From assembly GCF_006345805.1 (NCBI RefSeq), contig NC_043007.1, forward strand, positions 63,984,001 to 64,048,000: a stretch of DNA of 64,000 nucleotides. The letters are read 5' to 3'. The notes below the pieces were generated by a model. The model saw only the letters and a list, made by a program, of their open reading frames with translations, was not told the origin of the DNA and did no database searches. Below, piece after piece: positions 52,813 through 64,000 of this stretch (the first letter of the stretch is position 1; the number at the start of each line of letters is the position of its first letter). The position numbers and the translations under genes are program-made. Origin of the DNA: Octopus sinensis. Lineage: Eukaryota.

Positions 52813-55117
52813 TATATGAAATGTTCAGTGTGTGTGTGTGTAATATTACAAATGGGAAAAATTATACATAGATAATTTCTCATTCACATGACGCAAATTA
52901 GAGCACTGCTCTCTGGTTTTGTGAATGAAGGCAGTGTGATTTTTTAAGCATAGGCAATGTGATTTTGATGTATGTGACTTTTTTAAGTGAAGGCAGCATG
53001 CCAAGCTGAATGGAGAGAGTGTCAAGAGATGGTTTGGAGTCTGTTAGAAGGTGATATCCGACTATGAGATTGAATTTAGTTTCAGTAATCAATGTGAGCT
53101 ACACAACATAATGAATGCAAAAGATTTCAAAGGCAAATGAAAGAACTCTTTTGGAAAAAAAAAAAGAATTCTCTAAAGAACTGTCTGTTTGTTGCGTAAA
53201 TGCTTTATTCACCTCTTAATTAAAGTTCATTTATTTTGATAATACTCGATAGGTTTGCTTTGTTATTCACATCTCTTCTGATTTCTTTGACTACTGCTTC
53301 TTCTGCTCTAAGCACGTTGATTTGCTGAGTGTTGCCCACATGGTCTTCTGAGCCATCAGACAACAGATTGTTGTATTAGGGCCTGTTGATACTATCAGAA
53401 GGTTGCGTGTGGCATAACAATATATAATGAGATCAAAGGTCCTTCCAAAGCCATAAAATAGCAAAAGACATTTGCTCAAAATGCCACACAGTATCTCTGG
53501 TATGAAGTTCTGAACTGCATAGCCATGTCTGCATGTGTGTGTGTCTTTGTGTGTGTGTAAACACGTACACAACAAGCTCACATGAATGTCACCATTATGC
53601 AAGCAGTGTCCTTCATTTACAACATTCCCTGCAAACATTCTATTCATGGGGAAATATTACCTCACTTGGAAACAGGCAACAGTTAATGACAGGAAGAGCA
53701 TCTGGCCATAGAAAATCCACTTCAATGAATTGTCTGACCCATGCAAACATGGAAAAGTGGTCATTAAATGATAATGATGATTTGTGTAAATTCATATTAG
53801 ATATGCTTGAGCAAACTTGGACATAGGAAGAGCTTCTGCTTGCTGTGGAAGCAGTTCTGAGAGACAATTCCCCTCCTAAACTATGTATGAAAACACATTA
53901 AGTTGTGAATGACATCATGTGTTTCTGCCTTCTTTCACTTCATCAGCTACAAATATTAAATCTATTGTTCACAGCCTTGCACACACACACAACACACACA
54001 TGCATGCACACACACACACACACACACGCTCGCTCGCACGCACGCACCACAAGGAAAAGGATGAAGTTAATAGTGCAGTCAACTTAAAATTAGTCTTGGC
54101 TGGCATCTGTTGTTACTTTATGACATGAATAAAGAACAATTATATTTTTCTTTATTTCATTTTCACTGTTTTCTTTGTTTTTTAATATTTTTTTTATTCA
54201 TTTATTTCACTTTTTATCTTCACTTTTTCTCCTTTCACTTTTCTGCTCATATTTTTTCTTTTTCTTCTCTCCATCTTTTTTCCATTTTCTTTTTATCTTT
54301 CTTTTTCTTCTTCCTTTTCTTTCGTTTCTTTTCCCATCCTTTTCTTTTATGGTATTTTATGTGTATTTTTTCCTGTTCTTATCTTCCTTTCTTTCTTTCT
54401 ATTATTTTAGTTCTTTTCTGCCTGCTGTGACTTCTAATTTTTGTTTTCTTATGTCACCGTGGTTGTCTTCAGTGCCCTTTTGAGGTTAAACTGAGTCCTT
54501 TATCTCCTGTGGTGGGTGGATATATAGAGTGATGGTGGAGTGCTAATTGCTGCCCTTCCATATTTTTTTAAAGATCTGACCTTAACTACACAGTGGCACT
54601 GGTGATGTTGACAGCAGGGGTGATTCTATTAAATTGGTGTTGATGGTGTTGGGTGAACAAGGTAACCCTTTTTGATCCTATTACACAGATTGGGCCAACT
54701 TTTTTTCATAAATAGAAAAGAAAATGAGAAAAAAATGAAAATAGAGAGGAAATAATAGTTATGAGAGAATGCAATTAAAATGCTTTAATGAAATTAGATT
54801 GATAAAAGTTTACTGCTCTGTGGTGAGGCTGGTGTTTTATTTTCTAACTGCCCTTAATTCTTCCTAATTGCACATTGTTATAATGTTACCACCACCATCA
54901 CTGCTCATCCTACTCACTTGATGAGGGAACCTCTGTACAGTTTGTTCAGATTTCTAGAAAAGCAACCAAATCTCCCTTAAATCACACACTATCCTCTTAA
55001 GTAAAGAAGTTTTCATTGAACAATGTAACAAAAAAGTACACTTTAGTGTGCAGTCTACTTGACCATTTACATTTTAGCATGCTGTCTACCTGGCTCTTTA
55101 AACTTTAGCATGTACCA

Positions 55118-55222
55118 TAACCCTAATCCTTAACCCCTACACAAGCCTTAAACCTAAACCTAACCCCTACACAAACCTTAAACCTAAACCTAACCCCTAA
55201 CCCTTGTCTTAAACCCTAACTC
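55118..55222. repeat. Degenerate (TAACCC)n telomere-like tract
   Basis: taaccctaatccttaacccc...aaacctaaacctaacccctaaccc, including a duplicated unit of about 30 bp. Confidence 0.7.
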
Positions 55223-55839
55223 AGATCAGGTTATTTCACAGCATTGACTCTGATACTGCAGAAGATCACATACTAAAGTAGCACCCCACAAAACGTAGGA
55301 TGGATATGGCTGAAATGCCTTTAATCATATATGTCCATGCTGTATCACAGCTGACCTGGGGCTCAACAGCAGTTAACCTTATCCATAACACCACTATCAT
55401 TATAACCACTACTCCCAATACCCTCTCTTCCACAATCACTGCTTCTGTCAATGACCATTACTACTATAAACTGGGGTCAGATAACCCAGGGACTTATGAA
55501 CTTTCTTTTGGTTTTCTTCCAAACTACTCCACTATTCATCAACTTTTTCATGAACATTTCTAAATTTGCCAGTTACCATACTTCTCTATAATTACTGCCT
55601 TTCTTATTTATTACTCTCCGTGTTCATAGCCTTGTGATTTAAGAAGCTCACTGAGCAATCACATGCTTCATTTTGCAATCATGTGGCCACCATAACCCCA
55701 TGTCAATCAATGCCATGTGAGTAAAATTTGATTGATGCAAATTGCATGGAAGCTTATCCTCTGTGTGGTGGGGCAGATAGAAATAAAAATCAAGAAGAAG
55801 AGTACAGTGAAATTCCCATAGGGAGTGGGAAACCCAATG

Positions 55840-56188
55840 TTTCAGGCAGAATCCTTGTTTAGGGTTGATAGGAGGGAAATAAAAGAAAGACAGCAGAGTT
55901 TTACATCCTCTGTATTTGAAAAACTGTATGCAACTGATTCAGCCAACATTGGATTTTCCACTCCCCCCAGTAATTTCACTATTCTTTCTGTTGATTTTAC
56001 TAAATAACGCATATCCTTCAATCTTTGTTGCATTAACAAAATCTTTACTTCAGAAAGGAATATTAGATTCAGCTAGACTCATAGCTTGGATATTCATTCA
56101 GTATGTATAACTGACTTAATACTCAAATCGGAAAATCAGTTCTACCAGAACTGATAAAAGGAACTGTATTTCACAAACACCCTGTATA
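55840..56188 (-). mobile_element. Tc1/mariner-superfamily relic (rosa/maT-like 5' part)
   Basis: Terminus tatacagggtgtttgtgaaata on minus. Frameshifted aatcaacag...tactgggg..gaaaatcca resembles the VNKQN.R.WG.ENP motif. Confidence 0.4.
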
Positions 56189-56714
56189 GGACATTTTCTA
56201 TAAATACACTACCGGATGAACATATTTCTATGAATGTATAATGTATTTCTATGAATGTATTTGTGTATCTTGCTTTTATTAATGCAAATAATTAAAAAAA
56301 TACACTACACTCTCACTCTTTGTCTTAATTTGAATCTGCACTTACAACTTTATGGTAGTAACACTTATGGTGTTTTACACAACATATGAAGTGCTGTTAA
56401 TAACACTTTCAATTATAATTATTCCACCATTTAAACCAGTCAGGTCTAGACATTACAGATAGAAAAAGTGGCAAAATAACATTGTATTTATATATAATAT
56501 ATAATTTCTATGTATGTGTTGTATTCTCAGCATAACTTCCTAGCATTATTTTCTACACTTGATCCATTTGATTTGATGTTAACTATTACTCCTAAAAAGT
56601 AAAAGCAATCAGAACCAATTCTTTTGCCAATACACTGGAATGGATTTTTACCTTCCTCATTTAATGTCTCAACTGAAACATCATGTGAGATGGTTGGAGA
56701 AAGATACATAGACA

Positions 56715-57068
56715 GCTGCAGGTGTGGCTGTGTGGTAAATAGCTTGCTTACAAACCATGTGGTTCCGGGTTCAGTTTCACTGCATGGCACCTTGGGCAAG
56801 TGTCTTCTACTATAGCCTCGGGCCGACCAAAGCCTTGTGAGTGGATTTGGTAGACAGAAACTGAAAGAAGCTTGTTATGTGTGTGTGTCTGTGTTTGTGC
56901 CCCCACCATCACTGACATCCTGCAACTTAGCAGTTCGGCAAAAGAGACCAATAGAATAAGTACTAGGCTTACAAAGAATAAGTCCTGGGGTCAATTTGTT
57001 TGACTAAAGGCAGTACTCCAGCATGGCTGCAGTCAAATATGACTGAAGCAAATAAAAGAGTAAAAGAG
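56715..57068 (+). mobile_element. SINE family A, near-consensus copy
   Basis: gcaggtgtggctgtgtggtaa...ggttccgggttcagtttcactgcatggcaccttgggcaagtgtcttctactatagcctcgggccgacc...; tail aaagagtaaaagag. Confidence 0.88.
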
Positions 57069-58254
57069 ACAGACAGATGGATAGAGAGAGAGAGAGAAGG
57101 CAATAGTTGTAGCCATTTGCCATAGCTATCTGCTATGACTAGCAATACAGTTGGCAATGTGATAGTCATATCTCCTGACTTTGCTACTTTTCATATTCAC
57201 ATCATTCAATGTTCAACTCTTTCCAAACCTATACTTTTCTAAATTACTGCATTTCATAATCCCACCTCTATGTTCACATTCCTTACTTCCCTGTATTCAC
57301 CTATTTTAAAATTCTCACCCCCTCATTTTCTTCACCTTCCTTCCCATAGCCATTTTTCAAAAATGTTTTACCCTGTACACACTTCTACCTTCTCCAATAC
57401 TCATACAATCTGAATACTCACTTCATTTCATAGCTTATGTTATCACCCTTTTTGTTCATGTCTCACATGTGACTACATGACCTCTGCTCCTCACAACTGG
57501 ATGGTCTTGTGACATACTCATACTCACCAGACTCATTTGTCTTTCCCTTATCACTCATGACATTGTGTCCAACACTCCAAGTCTTGCATTTAGCTAAGTA
57601 TACCTAATCTCTCTTCCCACAATATCACCTCTCTGGAACTTTGTTACTACCTGTATGCTTTCTGCCACTATCACTCATGGAAAACATTAACCACTTCTTT
57701 TTCATTGGAATTAGAGTCCTGGAATCCATAGACAGAGAACATTTCTCCAAACTAAACTACTAAAAAAAAACAAATGCATATTCATTATTAGCAATGAAAA
57801 GATTATTGGTAATGAAAATGCTGTGGATATAGTACCGAAAGCCACAAAACTGCAGGATTTTGTCTTGAGAAATCTCATATAGGCATATGTAGCAGATGGA
57901 AACTGAAAGAAGCACATAAATAAATGTAGCAGAAGAAAAGCATCCGGCAGCAGTGGTGGAATTGCTATTGATGACATGCACAGACACAGAAATCATGATT
58001 TAGCAATTCCACTAATGCTGCTGACACAATTTTGTGCTTTTTAGCATTCTAAATCTATACAACAAGCTTTCCCATGATGAATCTACATTTTGTAAGATAT
58101 ACAGAATGCTAACGTTATATATATATCCATATGGAGAGACAGATATTTTACATAATATTAATAATAACAACAATGATGTTGATAACAATGGCTGTAGCTG
58201 TCATGTAACCTGTCTACTTCATTTTTATGCACTTCATACCAATTTTAAATAACA

Positions 58255-58450
58255 TTAACCATGTGAATTGGTGTATTATCATCCTGCACGATAGCACTAC
58301 CATCAAGAAACAATGTTTGTGAATCATATGGACATGATCAGCCAAAATTCTCAGATAATCCTTGGTGTTAACTACCATGTAGAACAATAAAGGGGGCAAA
58401 AGAATTCTGTAATATGGCTGTCCAATCAACACAGAGCCACCTCCATGCAG
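58255..58450 (-). mobile_element. Tc1-family transposase fragment
   Basis: Minus strand, frameshifted: GGGSV...PLIVLHG..NTKDYLRILADHVH...TLFLDGSAIVQDDNTPIH. Confidence 0.7.
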
Positions 58451-59195
58451 TGGTGGTGGTGGGGAAGTGGTTGTCAGTGATGGTGATGAATATGATAAAT
58501 AGAAGTAGTGGATGCCATACTAATAGCATTAACGATCTCTGTGTTTAGTGTTCATGTATCAATAATAATAATAATAAACATTGTGTACAGTGCTCAGGTG
58601 CACTACACTTGTTACTTAACTGATAAACTTCATATCTTCTTCATATGTTACTTAACTGATAAACTTCATATCTTCAGTGACAACTTCATATCTTCATATA
58701 TATATATATTGATGACTTGAGCAAAGAATCTCAGAAACAAAGTTGCTACAACCATGTAAGAACCATAGAGATCTAAAACCAACTGTGTAAAGATAGATCT
58801 CCAATTTTTCAAATTCAATGCAGTCTGTTTTCCATCATGAATATTAAATCTATGAAAAGTTTATAAAAATTATCAATGCTGATCCAGAATTAAAAAGAAC
58901 TCTTTCCAATATTTTGCACATCTGTTGAGGGTGAACAAATTCAAAGTCCCTTTATTGCCATGATATTGGACACCATGAGGCTATTAAGAGCATCAAAGAT
59001 CTTAGGGCACTTTCGAGAAAACAATTGCTGAGACAGTTAACCATAGATATAGTAATACAGTGATGTTTACTCTCTTGCCTTACTTGATGATACTAGATGA
59101 GATTAAGTAAATAACTTGAAAATAAAAAGCTTATCCATTTCCAAATCACACTGATCCACATGATTTAATGTTGTGCTATTTCTAGTTTTTGTAAT

Positions 59196-59423
59196 TTAAC
59201 CCTTAAGCATTCATATTACTCTGTCAATTGTAATCCTTTTTATTCATATTGTTTTGAATTAATCATGCATTGTCTCATAGCTTCAAGATTTTGATGATGT
59301 GATTATTTATTTTTTGAATGACATTGTAGGGTAGGTGCTAGAGGCCAGATCTGGCTGATTTAAACATAAAAATAAGTAGAATATCTGGGCCATATATTGC
59401 TGATTTAAATGTTAAAAGATTAA
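59196..59423. mobile_element. piggyBac-type MITE, second copy of 14754-14980
   Basis: ttaacccttaagcat...aatgttaaaagattaa; interior is colinear with the first copy. Confidence 0.8.
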
Positions 59424-59454
59424 AATATGAGAGTTAATCTCCCTCTTGTCTATA

Positions 59455-59835
59455 ACCAGTTCTTTCAGTCATTAGATGTAACCATGCTGGGGCACTGCTT
59501 TGAAGAATTTTTAGTCAAATGAATTAACCCCAGCACTTATTTTTTTAAACCTGGTACTTATTCTATCAATCTCTTGCTGAACTGCTAAGTTATGGGGATA
59601 TAAACAAACCAACACTGGTTGCCAAGCAGTGATGGAGGACAAATGCAGACAAAAACACACATACACACATACATGACAGGCATCTTTCAGTTTCCATCTG
59701 GCACATCCACTCACAAGGCTTTGGTTGGCCCAGAACTGTAGTAGAAGACACTTACTCAAGATGCCACACAGTGGGACTGAACCTGGAACCATGTGGTTAG
59801 GAAACAAACTTCTTACCACACGGCCATTACTGTGC
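59455..59835 (-). mobile_element. SINE family A
   Basis: Minus-strand head tggccgtgtggtaagaagtttgtttcctaaccacatggttccaggttcagtcccactg. Confidence 0.85.
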
Positions 59836-60394
59836 CTTTTTGCTTATTCTATTTCTTTCTTTCCTAATGGCACATTCAATTTAGCACAACAGCAGGAACA
59901 CTAACTTGCTCCACCTGTGCATTGCCTATGTATCTCTGAATGAAATTAGAGTCAATAGAAACTTGGTAGAAGTCTGTTAGAGGGACTATTTCTATACTTC
60001 AGCGGTTTACATAATTTGTTACCCAATTTAACACCAACACCTGGACTGTGAGTGCTTGTAGTGGAATCCACCCTGTGACAAGCATTCAAGCCTGGTCCTT
60101 GAAACGGCCATAAATACTGCTCTTCCTTCTCTGAGTAAGTAACAAAAGAATCTAGATAGATTGGGCTATTTAATGGTTAAATGTCATTGACTTAAGACTT
60201 AGTGCTCCTGACAGTATTTAAACTACCTACTTCACAGCTAGTTGATGGCTACACTATTTATTGCATTCATCCAGCCTTTATTTTCTCTGCTTTTATGTGT
60301 GTTTATGTTTGTGTTTCTGTGTGTTTCTTTCTCTCTTTCTCTCTATCCCTATCCTCCTCTTCCATTGAAGTTTATTCACATTTTTAACTCCCCC

Positions 60395-60443
<49 letters not shown>

Positions 60444-60558
60444 TTCTCTCTCTCTCATATACACACACACCTCTATCCTCACTTCTCTACTTTCCTTTTA
60501 TCCCCAGCCACCCTAGAGTTTATTGACATTTATCTTTCCTGTGTTCTCTCTCTGTCTG

Positions 60559-60611
<53 letters not shown>

Positions 60612-61138
60612 CTTTACTAGCTCCACTGGAGTTTGTTGTCATTCTAAGACATCTGGTAAAAGTGAGTCAAGTCAAGGTGTGCAGCAGGTGAGGACTGCTG
60701 CAACAATTTACAAGCAACTCAAGTAATGCTCTACCCCTACCCTCCCTCCTACCCCCATTGTGCCGAGACCCATTGCACACTATTTCATTACACTTTCTCT
60801 AATCCCTACCCAACCACATCAATGCTCTGCCCACTATTGTTTCCCATCCTAACTTGTTCCTTTCTACCTGCTCTGTCTTATCCGAGTGTACCCTATGTGG
60901 TTCTGTTTTACCCCTATTTTCTATCTTATCTCTAATCTTGTTTTATCATTGTGAAATATTGATTTCCTACTTGTTCCATTTGCTATTTAAAGAAATTATT
61001 GATGTGGTTGTGACAGTTGTTGTTGTTGACTTTGATGTTGATATCCTCATCAAGGTTTAAAATGCAGTCATCCGAAGAATGTCTTTGTGGGGATAGGTGA
61101 GAAAGGTCTCTTTCATTCTCTCTGTCTCTCTCTTTCTT

Positions 61139-61218
<80 letters not shown>

Positions 61219-61504
61219 TCATATGCACACACTCAAAAATCAAATACTTATCTGATACAGATATATGTATCTATGTGTGTTCAAATGTGTATTTATACAT
61301 ACATACATTCATACACATGCACACACATATGACATGCATGCACACACATTTATGTACATGCATATGCATGTTTATGTGAAAATATACAAGTGCATACATA
61401 TACATAATAAGTTTCATTGTAAACATTAATGAATGTAACAAATTATTGAATAAATATATGTATGTATATTGCTATATACATATAGACACACACTCACACA
61501 CACA

Positions 61505-61549
<45 letters not shown>

Positions 61550-63419
61550 TCTTTCTCATATAGTGTATGTTACTGTGCAACTTACTAATGCATAATTTCA
61601 GCTCATTGCACACTGAATAATGAAATGTAAATAAAAAGACAGTGACAACAACATCAACAACAAAAAAATTAACAGAATGTTAATGACTCTTTGAAATGCA
61701 CAGATGCAATAGAAACTCAGCTCATGCAGGAGGCTGTGTATGTATGTACAGCATGTATAGTATATATTTGTATATGTGTGTTTGTGACTGTTTGTACTAA
61801 ATGTGGATGGATTTGAGGATACTGATGATGTGATGCTGGATTTTCTTGTTAGTGACAACGGATGTGTTTTTGTAGCATAGTGTATTGATTGCTATTTACA
61901 TATTGTGTGTGGTGTGTGTGTGTGTGTGTGTGTAATGTTATATTAAAGACATGACTATGTTCTAGTTTGATTTTTTTTTTCATATTACAGATGTTCATTT
62001 TCTCTTCTTTATGTTTAATTTGGAACAATATTCCCAAATCCATTAGTCTATTAACATTTCAAGATCTTCACAGTCCCATTTTCAAAATAAAGTGATGGTT
62101 GTAATGGTGTATTGTTTGCACACATTGCAGTAAAACACAAAGGATCTTGGAAATATTTATAATGATAGAATTATAACCAGATTATTTAAACTAGATATAT
62201 TGATAAAACTATTACTATATTATCTAAACTATGTGGGTATTTTGAAAATAACTTATGGAATGACAACCATGCCTTGCATAGTTACAGGCTGCCCTTTGGC
62301 AAGGCATAGCACCTATTCAGCCATCCTGCCAAGGATACAGCAAAGCCATGGGGCTACTGCATGGTGGATTGTGAAGAGGTAGCAGAAGAGCTCAACTGAG
62401 CAAAGGGTGTTTCTTTTATTGATGTTGAGCAGAGGAATCCTGGAAGATCAATAGTCAGGATTGTCAAGCTCTGTCAAGAGAAAAACTGCAACACAGCTGT
62501 TGAGGTGATATCCATGGTTGTGTGATCAGCTGATGACAGAATCACTATGACACAAGCACCCAATTCTAATTCATAATAATCAAAGCAGCAAAAGAAAGGA
62601 ATTAAACTAGATATGTTGATAACAATCATTATAGCAGATGTGGAAGAACTTAAAGAAGATCATGTAAACTCTAACTTTACATTTAAGATCCAACATACAT
62701 TCAGACCATAACACCATCCAATCCTTAGATATAAATGTAGTAATAAAAAACAGCTCATAGCACATCTCAGATTACACAAAAAAATTAAGAAAGACTTATA
62801 TATGAACAGTAATAGTGAGTGTCCTCATAAACACAAAATATTTGTAGTCAAATCCCTTCTTAGATGAACTTTTGAATTTTCAACCATCCAACTAGATTAG
62901 CTAAGTATTATTTAATCTTAACTCCTCAAATACAAAATATGGACTACTAGGATATCATGGCTATAGCTCCCTTTTTATACTGGAAGGAAGATGTCCATAG
63001 AAACTTCTATGTGCCAAATCTACAAATCAGTTTATCTGGAAAGAAACAAAGCAGTTATTAATAAGTGTTGAAATTAATGCATGCAAAATTTCACAGCTAT
63101 AGAATCACTCCTTTATAGACAGCCTATGAACCATTCAGCCCATCCTCATATCTTTTACCTGCTTCACTCATTAGATGCAGCCTAGCTGAGGCATCACCTT
63201 GAAGGAATTTTAGTTGAATGAATCAACCCCAGGAAATATGTCTTTTAAAGCCTGGTACTTTTTTCATTGAGATCTTTTGCTGTACTGCTAAGTTACAGGG
63301 ACATTAACAAACCAACACCAGTTGTCAAGCAGTGTGAGGAACAAGCATAATGACACAAAGACATGCACACACAGACACACACAGATATATATATATGTAT
63401 GTATGTATGTATGTATATA

Positions 63420-63454
<35 letters not shown>

Positions 63455-63460
<6 letters not shown>

Positions 63461-64000
63461 GGGGAGTATAACTCCAAACTTACGGGGGAAAATTCAATTT
63501 AGTATTAAATCAAATTTCACAGTATAAATATATAAAATATAAATTAGAGATAAAACCACTATTATGCAACTCAAACAGTGATAGACATAAACCAATACAT
63601 AAATAACAAATAATATATATTTTTATAAAACATATAACTTATAAATAGATCTCAAAAAGTATAAAATGAACAATAAATATATAATATAATAAGTAAAAAC
63701 ACTACGTACGTTTCATGGTGACAATTAAATTCGAATTACAATTAAGTTTGAATTCGATTGAAATAAATTTGATTTTAAATTATAGTCAATCTTCAGGTTA
63801 ATGATAATAGTTAAATAAATAAGCAAATAGAGTTAAATAATATTTATTTAAGAAATAAATAAAATAATAATTTTTCTTATAGAAAAAACTCCATTAACTA
63901 AATTAGAAACTTAAAACATTAGGATTATTTCCTACAACACATTTATTATGTTAAATATTTAATTTTTAAGGTAAAAAAAATAGATAGAAATATGTATTTA
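63455..64000 (-). mobile_element. PLE-type terminal repeat with a hammerhead-like motif at about 63698-63800
   Basis: Same terminal family as 29042-29450. Minus strand reads c-CTGAAGA-ttgac...gtca-ccat-GAAA-cgtac-GTA-gt. Confidence 0.6.

Noticed and set aside
54110-54483. Phe/Leu/Ser-rich ORFs resembling membrane proteins
   Set aside because: Translation of a T/C-rich low-complexity tract.
56715-56790. tRNA-like sequences at SINE heads
   Set aside because: Only A/B-box remnants with no complete cloverleaf; they continue directly into SINE bodies.

Overview
This is AT-rich, repeat-dense eukaryotic DNA. The SINE families, RTE LINEs and microsatellite load suggest a coleoid cephalopod such as Octopus, but that assignment is inference. 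Only one host exon is recognisable: a 123-bp + strand exon (14197-14319) encoding the Walker A region of a RAD51 paralogue, best matching XRCC3. The rest looks like large intron or intergenic sequence filled with mobile elements: RTE, Tx1/L1, CR1-group and R4/Dong-like LINE fragments, several Penelope-like elements (PLEs), mariner/Tc1 relics, piggyBac-type MITEs, at least three tRNA-type SINE families and many microsatellites. The most striking structure is a cluster of PLE insertions bounded by long inverted repeats that carry hammerhead-ribozyme-like motifs (22.7-33.1 kb, plus one at about 63.7 kb). Also notable are a fold-back mariner built from two 5' ends, a Tx1 family ending at (GATA)n tracts, and SINEs whose 3' tails match LINEs in the same window. 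I see no prokaryotic-type system. Most short ORFs in the track are artefacts of low-complexity sequence. All family assignments come from motif recognition by eye, with no database search.
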